The notes: a model not told the origin generated them from the letters alone. DNA of 64,000 nucleotides from an uncultured virus (IMG/VR IMGVR_UViG_3300036766_002285) (IMGVR_UViG_3300036766_002285), one strand, 5' to 3'; positions 47,469-57,926 are shown, counted from the first letter of the stretch. A program made the numbers and translations.

Positions 47469-48257
47469 TTAGGCAAGCCCGGCTGCAGCCCAAAATGCGC
47501 TAATGTGTCGTGCTATGTCTTGCTTAGATAAACATCCATTATCGCAAGGAAGTTCAACTACAAAAGGTGTAGACGTGCTAATATTTTTATATATAAATTG
47601 GGTAGCATTCCCGCTACATTCTCCTTCTCCACAAAATACCTCATAGACAGGCATTTTAGACACTTTTCCATAAGTATCTAAAACTCTTGGGGTAGCCACC
47701 CCTGTGCGCGCTTTATCTACTACTCCACCAGTTACCGCCCCATGATAAAATAAAACCATCTCTGGTTGTATTTCTAGGAAAAACTTTTCTAGTGCTAAAG
47801 TTTCTGGCTCCGAATCAGCAGTTATTCCTGAGCACACTTTGCTAGGACAGGTAGTTTTTTTAAAAAAAGCATCAAAGTTTCTATTTAAATCTATTTTATG
47901 AGCATTCCATCGCCAGTTGAGAATATTACCATCTGGATTAGCGGTATCTATAATCCAAAGATCGAATCCTGCCGGTACTTTACTCCTTGCTAGGGTTGTT
48001 GTTATTACCATTCCTGATTTTTCATTACCATGAATACTTCCTACCACAACCACCACTTTACCACCAGGTGTACCAAACCTAGTGGCTATAATACTACGAC
48101 CCTGCACGGAAGTTCCAAGTACGCGGCTTTCGATTATAGAGCGTGCCGCTGCTATATTAGTCGGCCCAGTCACAAGTAGCGTACTAATAAAAATTACAGC
48201 AAGTAGTTTAATTATATTTTTGATGACAATAACTCTATGCGCGATTGTTATATACAC
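47469..48257 (-). CDS. Secreted M14 zinc carboxypeptidase (MpaA-like murein peptide amidase)
   Basis: Signal peptide; IHGNE, NPDG, DLNRNF, SEPET, VELP. Confidence 0.85.
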   Translation of the reverse strand: MYITIAHRVIVIKNIIKLLAVIFISTLLVTGPTNIAAARSIIESRVLGTSVQGRSIIATRFGTPGGKVVVVVGSIHGNEKSGMVITTTLARSKVPAGFDLWIIDTANPDGNILNWRWNAHKIDLNRNFDAFFKKTTCPSKVCSGITADSEPETLALEKFFLEIQPEMVLFYHGAVTGGVVDKARTGVATPRVLDTYGKVSKMPVYEVFCGEGECSGNATQFIYKNISTSTPFVVELPCDNGCLSKQDIARHISAFWAAAGLA

Positions 48258-48263
48258 AACTTA

Positions 48264-48533
48264 CTATAATGGGTTTCTTGGAATTACATGGTCACTTGGG
48301 TAGTCTTGAAAATCTTCTTGTACAATATTAATCACATAATTTAAAGACCAGGCCATATCTATGTCGGTTTCATCTCCGTTACTATAGAATCTTTTATTTA
48401 GAATTTCACTAGGAAGATCCGAAACCGCGAATGTAGTGTCCTCTATTCTGACATGCGTTATCTCTTCTCCATTTTCTATGGTAAACTCCGCTAACCATTG
48501 GGCTACCGTAATTTCATTTATATGTGGTCGCAT
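48264..48533 (-). CDS. Phage-like protein, family with 6816 and 7160
   Basis: LPSEIL...MAWSLNYV...IPRNP. Confidence 0.65.
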   Translation of the reverse strand: MRPHINEITVAQWLAEFTIENGEEITHVRIEDTTFAVSDLPSEILNKRFYSNGDETDIDMAWSLNYVINIVQEDFQDYPSDHVIPRNPL

Positions 48534-48551
48534 TTTAACTCCTTTTAGCTA

Positions 48552-48908
48552 TTACACTGGTTTTATTAATTTTGTTTCTCTACCAACTATATTGTGACAA
48601 ACTCCGCACATATTAACGTATTTATCGAATTCATCTTGTCCCGAAATTTGAGGTGCATTATGACACACAGTTAGCCAGTTTCCTTTCTCAGCTGTTTGCT
48701 TATCGCGCAGCTTCAAAGCTTTAATATTAGCAGGATCTACTAGAGATGTATGTTCTCCTACTATGTTACCACATTTCTTACGTTCCAAAACAGTCTTGCC
48801 AGCAAGGTACGAGCTGTTAACTTCAGTAGTACATACATACAACCTAGTTCGCACATAACAACATTTAGTTACCCACAATGTTTTATCTATTTTCGTTTTT
48901 GTGGTCAT
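48552..48908 (-). CDS. Cys-rich protein with internal duplication
   Basis: WVTKCC...CGNIVGEHTSLV and WLTVCH...CHNIVGRETKLI. Confidence 0.6.
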   Translation of the reverse strand: MTTKTKIDKTLWVTKCCYVRTRLYVCTTEVNSSYLAGKTVLERKKCGNIVGEHTSLVDPANIKALKLRDKQTAEKGNWLTVCHNAPQISGQDEFDKYVNMCGVCHNIVGRETKLIKPV

Positions 48909-48919
48909 AGTATTTTAAT

Positions 48920-49186
48920 TTAAGCTTTGTAGCAACTCTCTACATCTAATAAAAAATCGATGACTTCACTGCAGGCCACAAGCTGTGACCTAGGCCAAAC
49001 TTTATTAGTTTTATCAATTTTTTCAACTACAGAAACAAGCCCAGCTTTATTAGCTGCGTTACGCAAGTCTAGTAACATATCTTGTACTTCAATATTGCTC
49101 GCAAGTTCTCTATGTGAAAAAATAGTTAAACTAGCATGTATTTCTTGGGAAAGTGATTCTTTAGTGTATACGATAGTATCAGTCAT
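48920..49186 (-). CDS. Small protein with two EV.D.LLD repeats
   Basis: RELASNIEVQDMLLDLR and QLVACSEVIDFLLDVE. Confidence 0.65.
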   Translation of the reverse strand: MTDTIVYTKESLSQEIHASLTIFSHRELASNIEVQDMLLDLRNAANKAGLVSVVEKIDKTNKVWPRSQLVACSEVIDFLLDVESCYKA

Positions 49187-49314
49187 AGAAGATAACTATT
49201 GAGGCGTTTTTGTATAGTAGAAGATATACGAATTAATCTAATAATGCAGTTCCTATTTAATTATGTTATAACATCGAAAATGGCTACTAGAAATCAAGAT
49301 CTGAGCCTTCAGTA

Positions 49315-50127
49315 TTAACCGCAGCCTTCCGACCACCCAGCATCACCATAATCCCAATTCACTTCATCAACACCATCGCCACCATCTAACATGTCATCGC
49401 CGCCTCCGCCGGTAAGGGTATCAATGCCCTTACCGCCATGAATAACATCAGGACCACCGCCGCCCTCTAGCATATCGTTACCAGCTCCACCACTGAGGTC
49501 ATCCCCGCCCAAGTCGCCATTTTCGATGTCATCGCCCGCACCACCATTAAGAGTGTCATTACCACTGTCTCCATTTAGTTCATCATTACCATCCTCGCCC
49601 TGGAGACTGTCATCGCCCGCATCACCATTGATAGTATCATTACCAAGTCCGCCTCTAAGGTCATCATCACCCAAGCCACCATTTTCGATATCATCGCCAG
49701 TGCCGCCATTAATAACGTCGTCACCAGCGCCCCCATCTAGAGTATCATTATCACCCCCACCATTAAGTTGATCGTTATTCATACCGCCGTCGATAATGTC
49801 GTCACCAAGTCCGCCAAAAACGATATCGTTTCCGGCTTGACCGTAGACATTATCGATGCCAGCACTTCCACAAACTCGATCATTTCCAGAACCAGCAAAG
49901 ACATAATGGATTCCAGATCCACGAACAACAATCACATCAGATCCCGCAGTCCCCTTGATAGTGGCTGCACTTGATACAATGGTTGCTTGCACTCCTACAC
50001 AACTAGCCGCCGGAGAAGCGTTAGTCACAGATGATGTTAAGAGTACTGCAGGAACAAAGAAAAAACATACGATACCAGAAATAGTTAAACGTCGTCTGGT
50101 AAATATATGAGAAGGTTTTGTTTTCAT
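49315..50127 (-). CDS. Secreted RTX-type Ca-binding repeat protein
   Basis: Many GGxGxDxLx nonapeptides after a signal/TM segment. Confidence 0.88.
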   Translation of the reverse strand: MKTKPSHIFTRRRLTISGIVCFFFVPAVLLTSSVTNASPAASCVGVQATIVSSAATIKGTAGSDVIVVRGSGIHYVFAGSGNDRVCGSAGIDNVYGQAGNDIVFGGLGDDIIDGGMNNDQLNGGGDNDTLDGGAGDDVINGGTGDDIENGGLGDDDLRGGLGNDTINGDAGDDSLQGEDGNDELNGDSGNDTLNGGAGDDIENGDLGGDDLSGGAGNDMLEGGGGPDVIHGGKGIDTLTGGGGDDMLDGGDGVDEVNWDYGDAGWSEGCG

Positions 50128-50128
50128 A

Positions 50129-51670
50129 CTAGTTATTAAGAATATCTTGCACTTCAGGATCTGCAGCATTTATAAATCCAGGACTCAAACTATTTTTCTG
50201 CTGGTCCGATAGAAGGCCAGCTTGTTCAACTGTGATACCTTGACCTGAAGCTGGTTTCAATAGTTTAAGTTGCTGTGCGCTTAAAGATGCAAACGCTTCA
50301 GGATCTAATGCTTCTAGTTGAGTAGCACTAATAACGGTCATAGTTGCTGGTTTCACTAAATCTAGCTGGAACGGGTCTAAACCAGACATAGCATCCGGAC
50401 TAAGTTGTCCTACTTGTGTAGGCTTTAGTGCTCCAAAAGCTTCTGGTGATATGTTTCCAACCTGATCTCCGCTCATAGCACTAAAGGCAGTTCCTGGCAT
50501 TAAAGCAAGTTGTTTTTTACTCATAGCTGCAAATACTTCAGGAGACATAGCATCTATTTGGCCCGGCTTAAAACCAGCAAATGCGCTAGGTAGTAAAGCT
50601 CCCATTTGTCCCGCAGTCATTGTACTAAACGCATCGGGAGATAATGCCCCAATTTGTGTAGGTTTAAATCCGGCAAACGCGCTGGGTGGCATGCTACCAA
50701 ATTGTTCTCCACTCATAGCACCAAACGCTGAAGGTGACATAGCGCCCAGCTGACCTTTGTTCATGGCTTCAAATACTCCTGGAGGTAATACATCAATCTG
50801 TCCAGGTTTAAATCCGGCAAATGCATTAGCAGGCATAGCACCAAATTGTGAGGCATTCATGGCACTAAACGCATCTGGAGATAACGCACCCACCTGGGTA
50901 GGTTTAAATCCAGCAAACGCCCCAGCCGGCAATGCCGACATCTGATCTCCACTCATAGCACTAAAAGCTGTAGCAGGCATGCCATTCAATTGATTTTTAT
51001 TCATACCACTAAAAGCTTCAGGTGATAGTGCATCAATTTGTCCTGGTTTAAATCCGGCAAACGCGCTAGGAGGAAGTGCTCCGATTTGTCCACCATTCAT
51101 AGCTCCAAATGCTTCAGGAGATAGCGCCCCAATTTGATTTGGTTTTAGCGTACCAAATGCCTCTGGCGACAAGTTACTTACCTGGGTACCATTTAAAGAC
51201 CCAAATGTTTGAGGCGTCATAGCTCCTAGTTGAGTACCGGTCATACCTGCAAATGCTTCAGGAGCCAAGACTCCTATCTGTCCTGGTTTAAATCCGGCAA
51301 ATGCTGCTGGATTTAATGCAGCAACCTGATCCGGGGTAAGTTGTGATACAGCACCAGGAGTAAAGTTACTAACTTGTCCGGGGTTAATGTTTACGAACTG
51401 GCCGGGATTTACTGTTGCTATATTACCAGGATCAAAAATAGGATTAAAAGTTGTACCGCCCGGAGTAAATCCCGGAACTGTAGTTACTGTTGTAAACCCC
51501 GGAACCGTAGTGCCTGTCGGAGAACCAGGAACCGTAGTACCAGACGGTGGCGGATCTTCGTTTACATGCAAACCGACTACACTAGCAGAAACCGATTGTA
51601 CCAAAAATAGAGGAACAGCTACAAAAAATAAAATTATAAACGATTTAACAGTAGTTAGAGAAATTTTCAT
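50129..51670 (-). CDS. Secreted solenoid-like protein with 12-aa/24-aa repeats
   Basis: Repeats such as ALSPEAFGAMNGGQIG and ALPPSAFAGFKPGQID; N-terminal GTTVPG repeats. Confidence 0.8.
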   Translation of the reverse strand: MKISLTTVKSFIILFFVAVPLFLVQSVSASVVGLHVNEDPPPSGTTVPGSPTGTTVPGFTTVTTVPGFTPGGTTFNPIFDPGNIATVNPGQFVNINPGQVSNFTPGAVSQLTPDQVAALNPAAFAGFKPGQIGVLAPEAFAGMTGTQLGAMTPQTFGSLNGTQVSNLSPEAFGTLKPNQIGALSPEAFGAMNGGQIGALPPSAFAGFKPGQIDALSPEAFSGMNKNQLNGMPATAFSAMSGDQMSALPAGAFAGFKPTQVGALSPDAFSAMNASQFGAMPANAFAGFKPGQIDVLPPGVFEAMNKGQLGAMSPSAFGAMSGEQFGSMPPSAFAGFKPTQIGALSPDAFSTMTAGQMGALLPSAFAGFKPGQIDAMSPEVFAAMSKKQLALMPGTAFSAMSGDQVGNISPEAFGALKPTQVGQLSPDAMSGLDPFQLDLVKPATMTVISATQLEALDPEAFASLSAQQLKLLKPASGQGITVEQAGLLSDQQKNSLSPGFINAADPEVQDILNN

Positions 51671-51851
51671 AAGGAACACCTAAAATTTATAGAATAAATA
51701 TTATTGTATAATTCAGCAATGCTGTAGAGCATGGGTATCCTTCCTTATGTGTTGGTAATAGTGTATAGTATGTATTTACATAACTGATGCAACTAGGTTT
51801 ATATCCTAATTTTTGTTATTTATAGACTATTTGTTGATAATTATCGGTATC

Positions 51852-53410
51852 TTAACGATGGTATATACGCTTCGCTGCAGTAAAACCTGTGAATTGTGAT
51901 ATTAAAGTCATAGATGGGTCTACTTCCATACTTAAAGTTCCATTAGAGTTTACCTGCAATGCCACAACACCCTCGGTAGTACCCGTTGATAGAGTGTATC
52001 CTATGGCCAACGGTCCCGAGGTGCCGCGAGGAGGAGTACCGGCAGGTTCAATAAAAGAATATCTATTTAACTGATACACTACTATTCCAGAACTTACAGT
52101 TAACACATCTGGCGCTGGCTGTCCCGGAGCGATACTTATAAGTAGCTGTTTAGCATCTCCAGCCGGGTTCTTCCACCACCCCGTAGAAAATATCTATTTA
52201 TTAGTATCTACAGCATCCGGTACAAGCGCAAGATGTCCGAAAGATCCAATATTTTTCCAGCAACCGGTCCACCTGTAATTTCTTTAGTAGCGTCTCTCAC
52301 ATCTGAAATACTTGTACCACCATAACCAATAGTATCTTCCAAAAACCAATTACCTGATGCAGCACCTACCACATCATAATCAATTTTTCCAAACAGTGGC
52401 GCGACTGTTCGTTGCATATGAGCTTCGAAAACTGCACGAATTTCTGGTGTAAAAAATGGCAGTGGATCTGAAGTAAATGGTTTCCAAGCCTCCCCAAATA
52501 AATATGAGTACGGTTCAGCATAGCCAGACAACCATTGAGTTCCATCAAAAACATTGAAATCCAATGGATTATCACGCTGTTGACCAAACTCTTCACCTGC
52601 TTTTATAGGAAGATGTATACTTACGCTGCCCTTAGACTCTACTTCTGCAGCATAAGGTGCAAGTACTCCTGACAGTTTATTAAGTACCATATATACTGAC
52701 ATAAGGTTACAACCATGTTCGATAACTACTCGATGAGTATAAGAAGCCCCAAGACTTCCGAGCTCTACAATAATACCATCCGCGGGGGCTACGACCGGCA
52801 CATAGTCGGCGTCAGTTCTATCTGCTTGTTCCTTATATAAAGATTTTATTCCAATATATCCATGGTCAATAGGAGTGACATGATCTCCAATTACTGTACC
52901 ATACGGAATAATTGGAGCGATATCGACAACTGGTACAATGGGGTAAGTAAATTTTATTGATGAGGGCAAGCATGTAGGTTCTGTTTGTAAACCATTCATT
53001 TGAGCTAAAGTCGGATACCAATCTGGACGTTTCAAATATCCCACGACCGGAGCTGCTGGGACATCGCTACGCATGGCATAGTGAACTATACCTGCTTTGC
53101 ATATAACTAACCCTCCACCAGTAAATCCGTAATTACCTATAGGAGCACTACAAGCATCTCCTACTCGTTTGTCATAGAAAAAAGATGATGTGGTATTGGT
53201 AGAACCAGTACTACCACTAACGCTCTTTGTCCAAAGCAGGCGTCCCCCCGACCTGGAACAAACATATTTTACACCTTTAACGATTTTAATGATTCCGGCT
53301 TTACTACATGTAGCCCGCGCACTAATGGTATTTGAGGCATTCATACCAGTAGATGTAAATAAAAAAGATACTCCAAATAATATTCGAAGAATCATTTTAG
53401 AGGCTAGCAT
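51852..53410 (-). pseudogene. Secreted protein, disrupted near the C-terminus
   Basis: 1-bp loss in the A5 run (T5 at 52252-52256) plus an in-frame TAG at 52194-52196; frame continues GSFGHLALVPDAVDTNK*IFSTGWWKNP... into ORF 51852-52106. Confidence 0.7.
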
Positions 53411-53513
53411 GACATCTTTAAATTATTTAAAAGCATATAATGGATTCCTTGTATGAATTAGTGGTATAAGTAATGGCTTGCAGTACAAAATAAATAAAGC
53501 AAATACTACAGAA

Positions 53514-53654
53514 TTATTTTTTTACTTTCACTTTTCTTTTTTCTTTAGATCTTGCTGGCACATATTCTCTTTTCTCAGTTGCGCGTCGTTCTGCTCTTCT
53601 AGCATTTTTTGCTTTCAGGCGTTCCTGTTCTTTAATTCCTTTTGCTGACGTCAT
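53514..53654 (-). CDS. Very basic 46-aa protein (not in ORF track)
   Basis: AGGAGG SD; MTSAKGIKEQERLKAKNARRAERRATEKREYVPARSKEKRKVKVKK. Confidence 0.55.
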   Translation of the reverse strand: MTSAKGIKEQERLKAKNARRAERRATEKREYVPARSKEKRKVKVKK

Positions 53655-53782
53655 TTCGACCCTCCTATGGGACTACTAGTATACTATCCTGTTTTATACC
53701 ATAAATCAAGCAGCTTTTGTCTTTATATTACAATCTCGTAAAATATCAATAATAGCTTCATATCTAGGTATTACAAGGACAG

Positions 53783-54274
53783 CTAAGAGCCAAGTGCTGC
53801 ACTAATGGCACATTGAAAGCGCCGCAAGCTTTCTCTCTGGGCCGGAGCCGTTTCTGTAAATATGTATTCAGTAGGCAGTATGGTAGCTCTACTATTGCCC
53901 TGCACGTCAACCCCAACAATACTCTCGTATTTACCGGCTTCGACCTCTATACTCAGATTAGTGGCATCCGGAGTTTCTGTACGAATAACTTTTCGTATTC
54001 TAGCTACATTTATGGTAATCACACTACTTTCCCCGGCCGGATTTGTATGAAACACTCCCAAACATTTGTTAGTTATAAGATATACAGCTACATATTGATT
54101 ATTTTCCACGTGAGATATGCATATATGAAAACCGGTTAATTTTAGAACCGTACTATATTCCTCATTAAGTACGGCCTCATCGCACCCCAAGGCAGAAGCA
54201 ATATCCCTTTTTACATTAGTGACCGGGAAAGTTTCACTATTAAGTTCTTTTAATAGTTCTTTATGTACGTTCAT
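53783..54274 (-). CDS. Hypothetical protein, possibly PH-like fold
   Basis: Long ORF; VYLITNKCL...ITINVARIRKV. Confidence 0.6.
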   Translation of the reverse strand: MNVHKELLKELNSETFPVTNVKRDIASALGCDEAVLNEEYSTVLKLTGFHICISHVENNQYVAVYLITNKCLGVFHTNPAGESSVITINVARIRKVIRTETPDATNLSIEVEAGKYESIVGVDVQGNSRATILPTEYIFTETAPAQRESLRRFQCAISAALGS

Positions 54275-54405
54275 AAATACCAACTGTCCACGGTACAGCT
54301 AAACTCGCCATTATCTTATTTTTTACTTGTGTCTGGTCAAATCGCCCATATAGTAGGTACTATCAAAAGGGAACTTCCCTTTTACATACGCCTCAGGAGG
54401 CAAAA

Positions 54406-54834
54406 ATGTCAGATAACTTCATCTCGATTGTAGGTAATCTTACCCGAGATCCAGAGCTCCGATTCACTGCAACTGGTAAACCAGTAGCATCATGTGCTAT
54501 GGCAGTAGCCCGCAGGTACCAAGTTAACGGTGAATGGCAAGAAAAAACGTCATTTTTCAATTTCTCCGTTTGGAACAAATTGGCTGAGAATCTTGCTGCT
54601 TCTGCTTCAAAAGGCACGAGAGTTGCTATCACAGGCTACATTGAGCAGCGCGAATACGTAACCAAAGATGGTGACAAGCGCACTTCGTTTGATGTCACTG
54701 CAGATACTTGCAGTATTGACCTCAAGTGGGGGACAGCTGAATTCACTAAGGGTGCAGCTGGCTCAAATAACGCATCAAATGCTTCCTCGTCACAAGACCT
54801 TCCAGTCGATGACGACTCAAATCCTTTCGGATAA
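54406..54834 (+). CDS. ssb: Single-stranded DNA-binding protein, actinobacterial type
   Basis: VGNLTRDPELRFT; LAEN.A.S..KG.RV; acidic tail ending NPFG. Confidence 0.95.
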   Translation: MSDNFISIVGNLTRDPELRFTATGKPVASCAMAVARRYQVNGEWQEKTSFFNFSVWNKLAENLAASASKGTRVAITGYIEQREYVTKDGDKRTSFDVTADTCSIDLKWGTAEFTKGAAGSNNASNASSSQDLPVDDDSNPFG

Positions 54835-54850
54835 TTTACAACTTAATACT

Positions 54851-54892
54851 AAGCACGCTTTTCTGGGGTAATCTCAATTAGCGTGCTTTTTT
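54851..54892 (+). terminator. Intrinsic terminator after ssb
   Basis: AAGCACGCT...AGCGTGCTTTTTT. Confidence 0.7.
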
Positions 54893-55008
54893 AGTTTTAA
54901 AGTTAAGTTTTTCAAATATTTCTAAACCTTGTATCCGTATACAGCCACAGACTTCCTAATATAACTTGCGTGAGTGCTTCACTTAAATTATAAGGCACTA
55001 TATAATAC

Positions 55009-55689
55009 ATGACCACCACTATTTTAGGTACTCCGGGCCGCTATGCATCCAAACTGCAACATGCTGCTTTTGCTAAAATCGTGATTTGTACTATTGGTTT
55101 ATTATTAGCTTTTGGTGGTGGTTTTGTAACTTTGCAAACAACCGGCAGCACAAGAATAGTTGTTGCTATAGTAGCAGCACTCGCGGCAGTTTTTTCTATG
55201 TCACTCCTATCTACTTATAAAACACTTTATGCCAAAACTTCCTCCGGCGCCAATGCTGAAAAAAAAGTAGCTAAAGAACTACGGCGTCTTGGTCCGCACG
55301 CTTTAGTGCATGGCGCCACTTTTGGTTCTAATGCAGATATAGACCATATTGTTTTGGGGCCATGTTTGGTATCTATTGAAACTAAATACGGTCGCGGACC
55401 TGTAAGTATAAATTCTGCTAGCAAACTTTGCTGTGGTCGTAAAATCATGTATGGAGATCCCCTCGCACAAGCTAAACGTAACGCTTCCAGGGTCTCTAAA
55501 GCCTCTAGAAGCGTATCTGCGGCTGTATTGGTCGTTGTGGACGCGACAGGCCCGCCTCAGCAAATAAATGGAGTTTGGGTATGCTCCTTGCGCGATCTAG
55601 GTGCGGTGTTAAAGACTTTACCATCAGTATTAAATGATAAAGCTTCAGCTGTGCGTTTAGCAACCACCTTGTACAATATTGGCTCATAG
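55009..55689 (+). CDS. Membrane-anchored NERD (PD-(D/E)xK) domain protein
   Basis: Two TM segments; GANAEKKVA, DIDHIVLGP, IETK. Confidence 0.85.
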   Translation: MTTTILGTPGRYASKLQHAAFAKIVICTIGLLLAFGGGFVTLQTTGSTRIVVAIVAALAAVFSMSLLSTYKTLYAKTSSGANAEKKVAKELRRLGPHALVHGATFGSNADIDHIVLGPCLVSIETKYGRGPVSINSASKLCCGRKIMYGDPLAQAKRNASRVSKASRSVSAAVLVVVDATGPPQQINGVWVCSLRDLGAVLKTLPSVLNDKASAVRLATTLYNIGS

Positions 55690-55763
55690 CCATATAAAAT
55701 AGCTATAAATATATTTATTATTCTGCTATTGGGACAGCATCAGTCGCGCCAATAGTTATATAC

Positions 55764-55861
55764 GTGCCACACCACCACCCACCACGGGTGTAGCATTAAT
55801 CGGCGGCCCATTCGGTCCCGAGGAAAGCGAGGAGCTCTTGTTAAAAGACTCCTCGCTTTTT
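55764..55861 (+). ncRNA. Stand-alone structured small transcript, or leaderless micro-ORF MPHHHPPRV plus terminator
   Basis: Promoter motif at 55746-55756; hairpin with C-rich loop, second hairpin, terminator AAAGCGAGGAG...CTCCTCGCTTTTT. Confidence 0.6.
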
Positions 55862-56027
55862 ATATTTCGCTACTATATTTATTTATTTTTATCAACTATT
55901 GCACTACTACGCTACTATATATTAGATATAGTTACTTGCCGCACTCAAATGTCCAGGTACTGTTATTAATATATACTTATATTTAGCGACAAATATCGCA
56001 TAAAATAAGTATAAATTTAGGAGGGTT

Positions 56028-56390
56028 ATGCTTGAAGTTACAGAAGATTTAATATTTACACACAAAACAGGCAAGTATCAAGCAGCCCCGGCTGGTTGGC
56101 ATGGACATATCACAGATCCTATTATGACTTGGGATCATGCGATTACTGCTGCTAGTAAATACGTTGGTGCCAGCTATCATAAATGGTACCTACCCGACTT
56201 AGGTGTTCTCAATAGCATGTATGAACAACTCCATAAAAATGATATAGGGGATTTTTGTGATCAGGCTTACTGGAGCTCTGAAATTGACCCCGTGTCACAA
56301 GACGGCTGGTGTCAATATTTTGATTACGGTATCCAATATAATAATAGTAAAAAACTCGAACACTATGTGCGTCCCGTACGTATTATTTAA
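56028..56390 (+). CDS. DUF1566-like protein
   Basis: WYLP...L / YWSSE / VRPVR; AGGAGG SD. Confidence 0.75.
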   Translation: MLEVTEDLIFTHKTGKYQAAPAGWHGHITDPIMTWDHAITAASKYVGASYHKWYLPDLGVLNSMYEQLHKNDIGDFCDQAYWSSEIDPVSQDGWCQYFDYGIQYNNSKKLEHYVRPVRII

Positions 56391-56905
56391 CTTGATGCTA
56401 AGAGAGCATTAAACTTTGCAGCAGTGTTCCAGTCAATCAACTCAACACCATGATCGCAATCAATACCAACATTACGCAACCAAGTACTTAAATCTGCCCA
56501 ACGCCATACTTGTTGACGCTTAACTACTCCTGCAGGACGAGGAAAGCAAGAAAATCCCCCGTGGTCTTCAATAAGTTGCAAAACAGCTTCTTTAGTCATG
56601 GCTTGCTCGGCCCATTCTGTTCGAGAAACTATATCTTCTATTGTGCACAGATCATCATCTAAACGAAGAACTTTAACATCGGGCAATATTTCTTTAAACC
56701 GCTTTAGAGTATTTTCAAGTGCTTCACTTGCACTGTTTGCCTCAACACAAAAACATATATATTCTTGCCCATTACTGCTTCCAGGACTGGCTTCACCCGA
56801 CCATTCGTTCCATAATATCTCGAGGTTTTCATCTTCAATATCATCGTCTTGCCTGAGGTGTCGGTCAAAGTTTTCTACCATAAACTCAAATGCAAATTCT
56901 TTCAT
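56387..56905 (-). CDS. Putative DNA-binding protein (C-terminal HTH, FPRP...WRWAD)
   Basis: VEANSASEA...DL..IEDI..R...FP.P...VWRW. Confidence 0.6.
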   Translation of the reverse strand: MKEFAFEFMVENFDRHLRQDDDIEDENLEILWNEWSGEASPGSSNGQEYICFCVEANSASEALENTLKRFKEILPDVKVLRLDDDLCTIEDIVSRTEWAEQAMTKEAVLQLIEDHGGFSCFPRPAGVVKRQQVWRWADLSTWLRNVGIDCDHGVELIDWNTAAKFNALLASS

Positions 56906-56969
56906 TATACTTTCTCCTGTGTATAACACATACTATAGCGGCTAACTTTAAGTAGTTTATTATTAATTA

Positions 56970-57926
56970 TCAGACCTTAGGGCGCTTATCTTTAAGCCCA
57001 ATATGCGCGTATCCTTTAGTAGTAACCACCCGCCCGCGCGGGGTACGCATAAGTAGTCCCATACTAATAAGATGTGGTTCATATGCTTGCTCTATAGTAA
57101 TTTCTGCCTCACCAACTGCCATAGCTAAAGTCCCCAGTCCTACTGGCCCACCATTAAAGTTTTTTACCATAGTTTCTAGAATTTCCCGTGCCAGATCATC
57201 TAATCCTAGTTTATCTATTCCAAAGTCATCTAAAGCTTGTTTGGCTACTTGTGCTGTAATTCGCTCTTCTTTGTTTACTTGTGCCCAGTCACGAATACGC
57301 TTTAACCAGCGATTGGCCACTCGTGGAGTGCCTCGTGATCGGCTTGCTATTAGTATACTCGCATCCAAATCAAGAGTAACGCCTAAAATACTTGAAGAAC
57401 GCATTACGATTCCAGCCAGATCGATTTGACTATAAGGCACAAGTCGTCCCATATATCCAAATCTGTCTCGAAGCGGGCTGGAGAGTTCTCCTGTTTGAGT
57501 GGTAGCCCCAATTAAAGTAAAAGGTTGTAGTTGTATGCGTAATGCTCTGGCCGATACTCCTTCACCCAAAATCATATCCACGTGCCCGTCTTCCATGGCC
57601 GTATATAACATTTCTTCGGCTTTACGATCCAAGGCATGTATTTCATCTATGAACACAACACTTGTTGTGCTTAACGATGTTAGTAGTGCCAGTAAATCTC
57701 CAGGCTTTTGTATTGCTGGCGCACTTGTGCTCTCAAAAGGCAGACCCAGCTCATTAGCTATAATCTGTGCAATCGTGGTTTTTCCTAAACCAGGTGACCC
57801 AGACAATAAAATATGCTCTGTACATTGTTTGCGAGCTATCGCTGCTTGTATTAAAATATTTAAGTCATGTGACAGTTGAGGTTGACCGTGAAAATCTGCT
57901 AGGGTTGTTGGTCTTATAGTGTTCAT
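56970..57926 (-). CDS. ruvB: Holliday junction branch migration helicase RuvB
   Basis: IRP.TL..F.GQ; GSPGLGKTT; FIDEIH; SRGTPRVANR; RTPRGR. Confidence 0.96.
   Translation of the reverse strand: MNTIRPTTLADFHGQPQLSHDLNILIQAAIARKQCTEHILLSGSPGLGKTTIAQIIANELGLPFESTSAPAIQKPGDLLALLTSLSTTSVVFIDEIHALDRKAEEMLYTAMEDGHVDMILGEGVSARALRIQLQPFTLIGATTQTGELSSPLRDRFGYMGRLVPYSQIDLAGIVMRSSSILGVTLDLDASILIASRSRGTPRVANRWLKRIRDWAQVNKEERITAQVAKQALDDFGIDKLGLDDLAREILETMVKNFNGGPVGLGTLAMAVGEAEITIEQAYEPHLISMGLLMRTPRGRVVTTKGYAHIGLKDKRPKV

Noticed and set aside
946..52200. Stop-codon reassignment
   Set aside because: TAG ends dnaK properly and TGA is used in many ATGA overlaps. Split genes are explained by indels or isolated nonsense changes.
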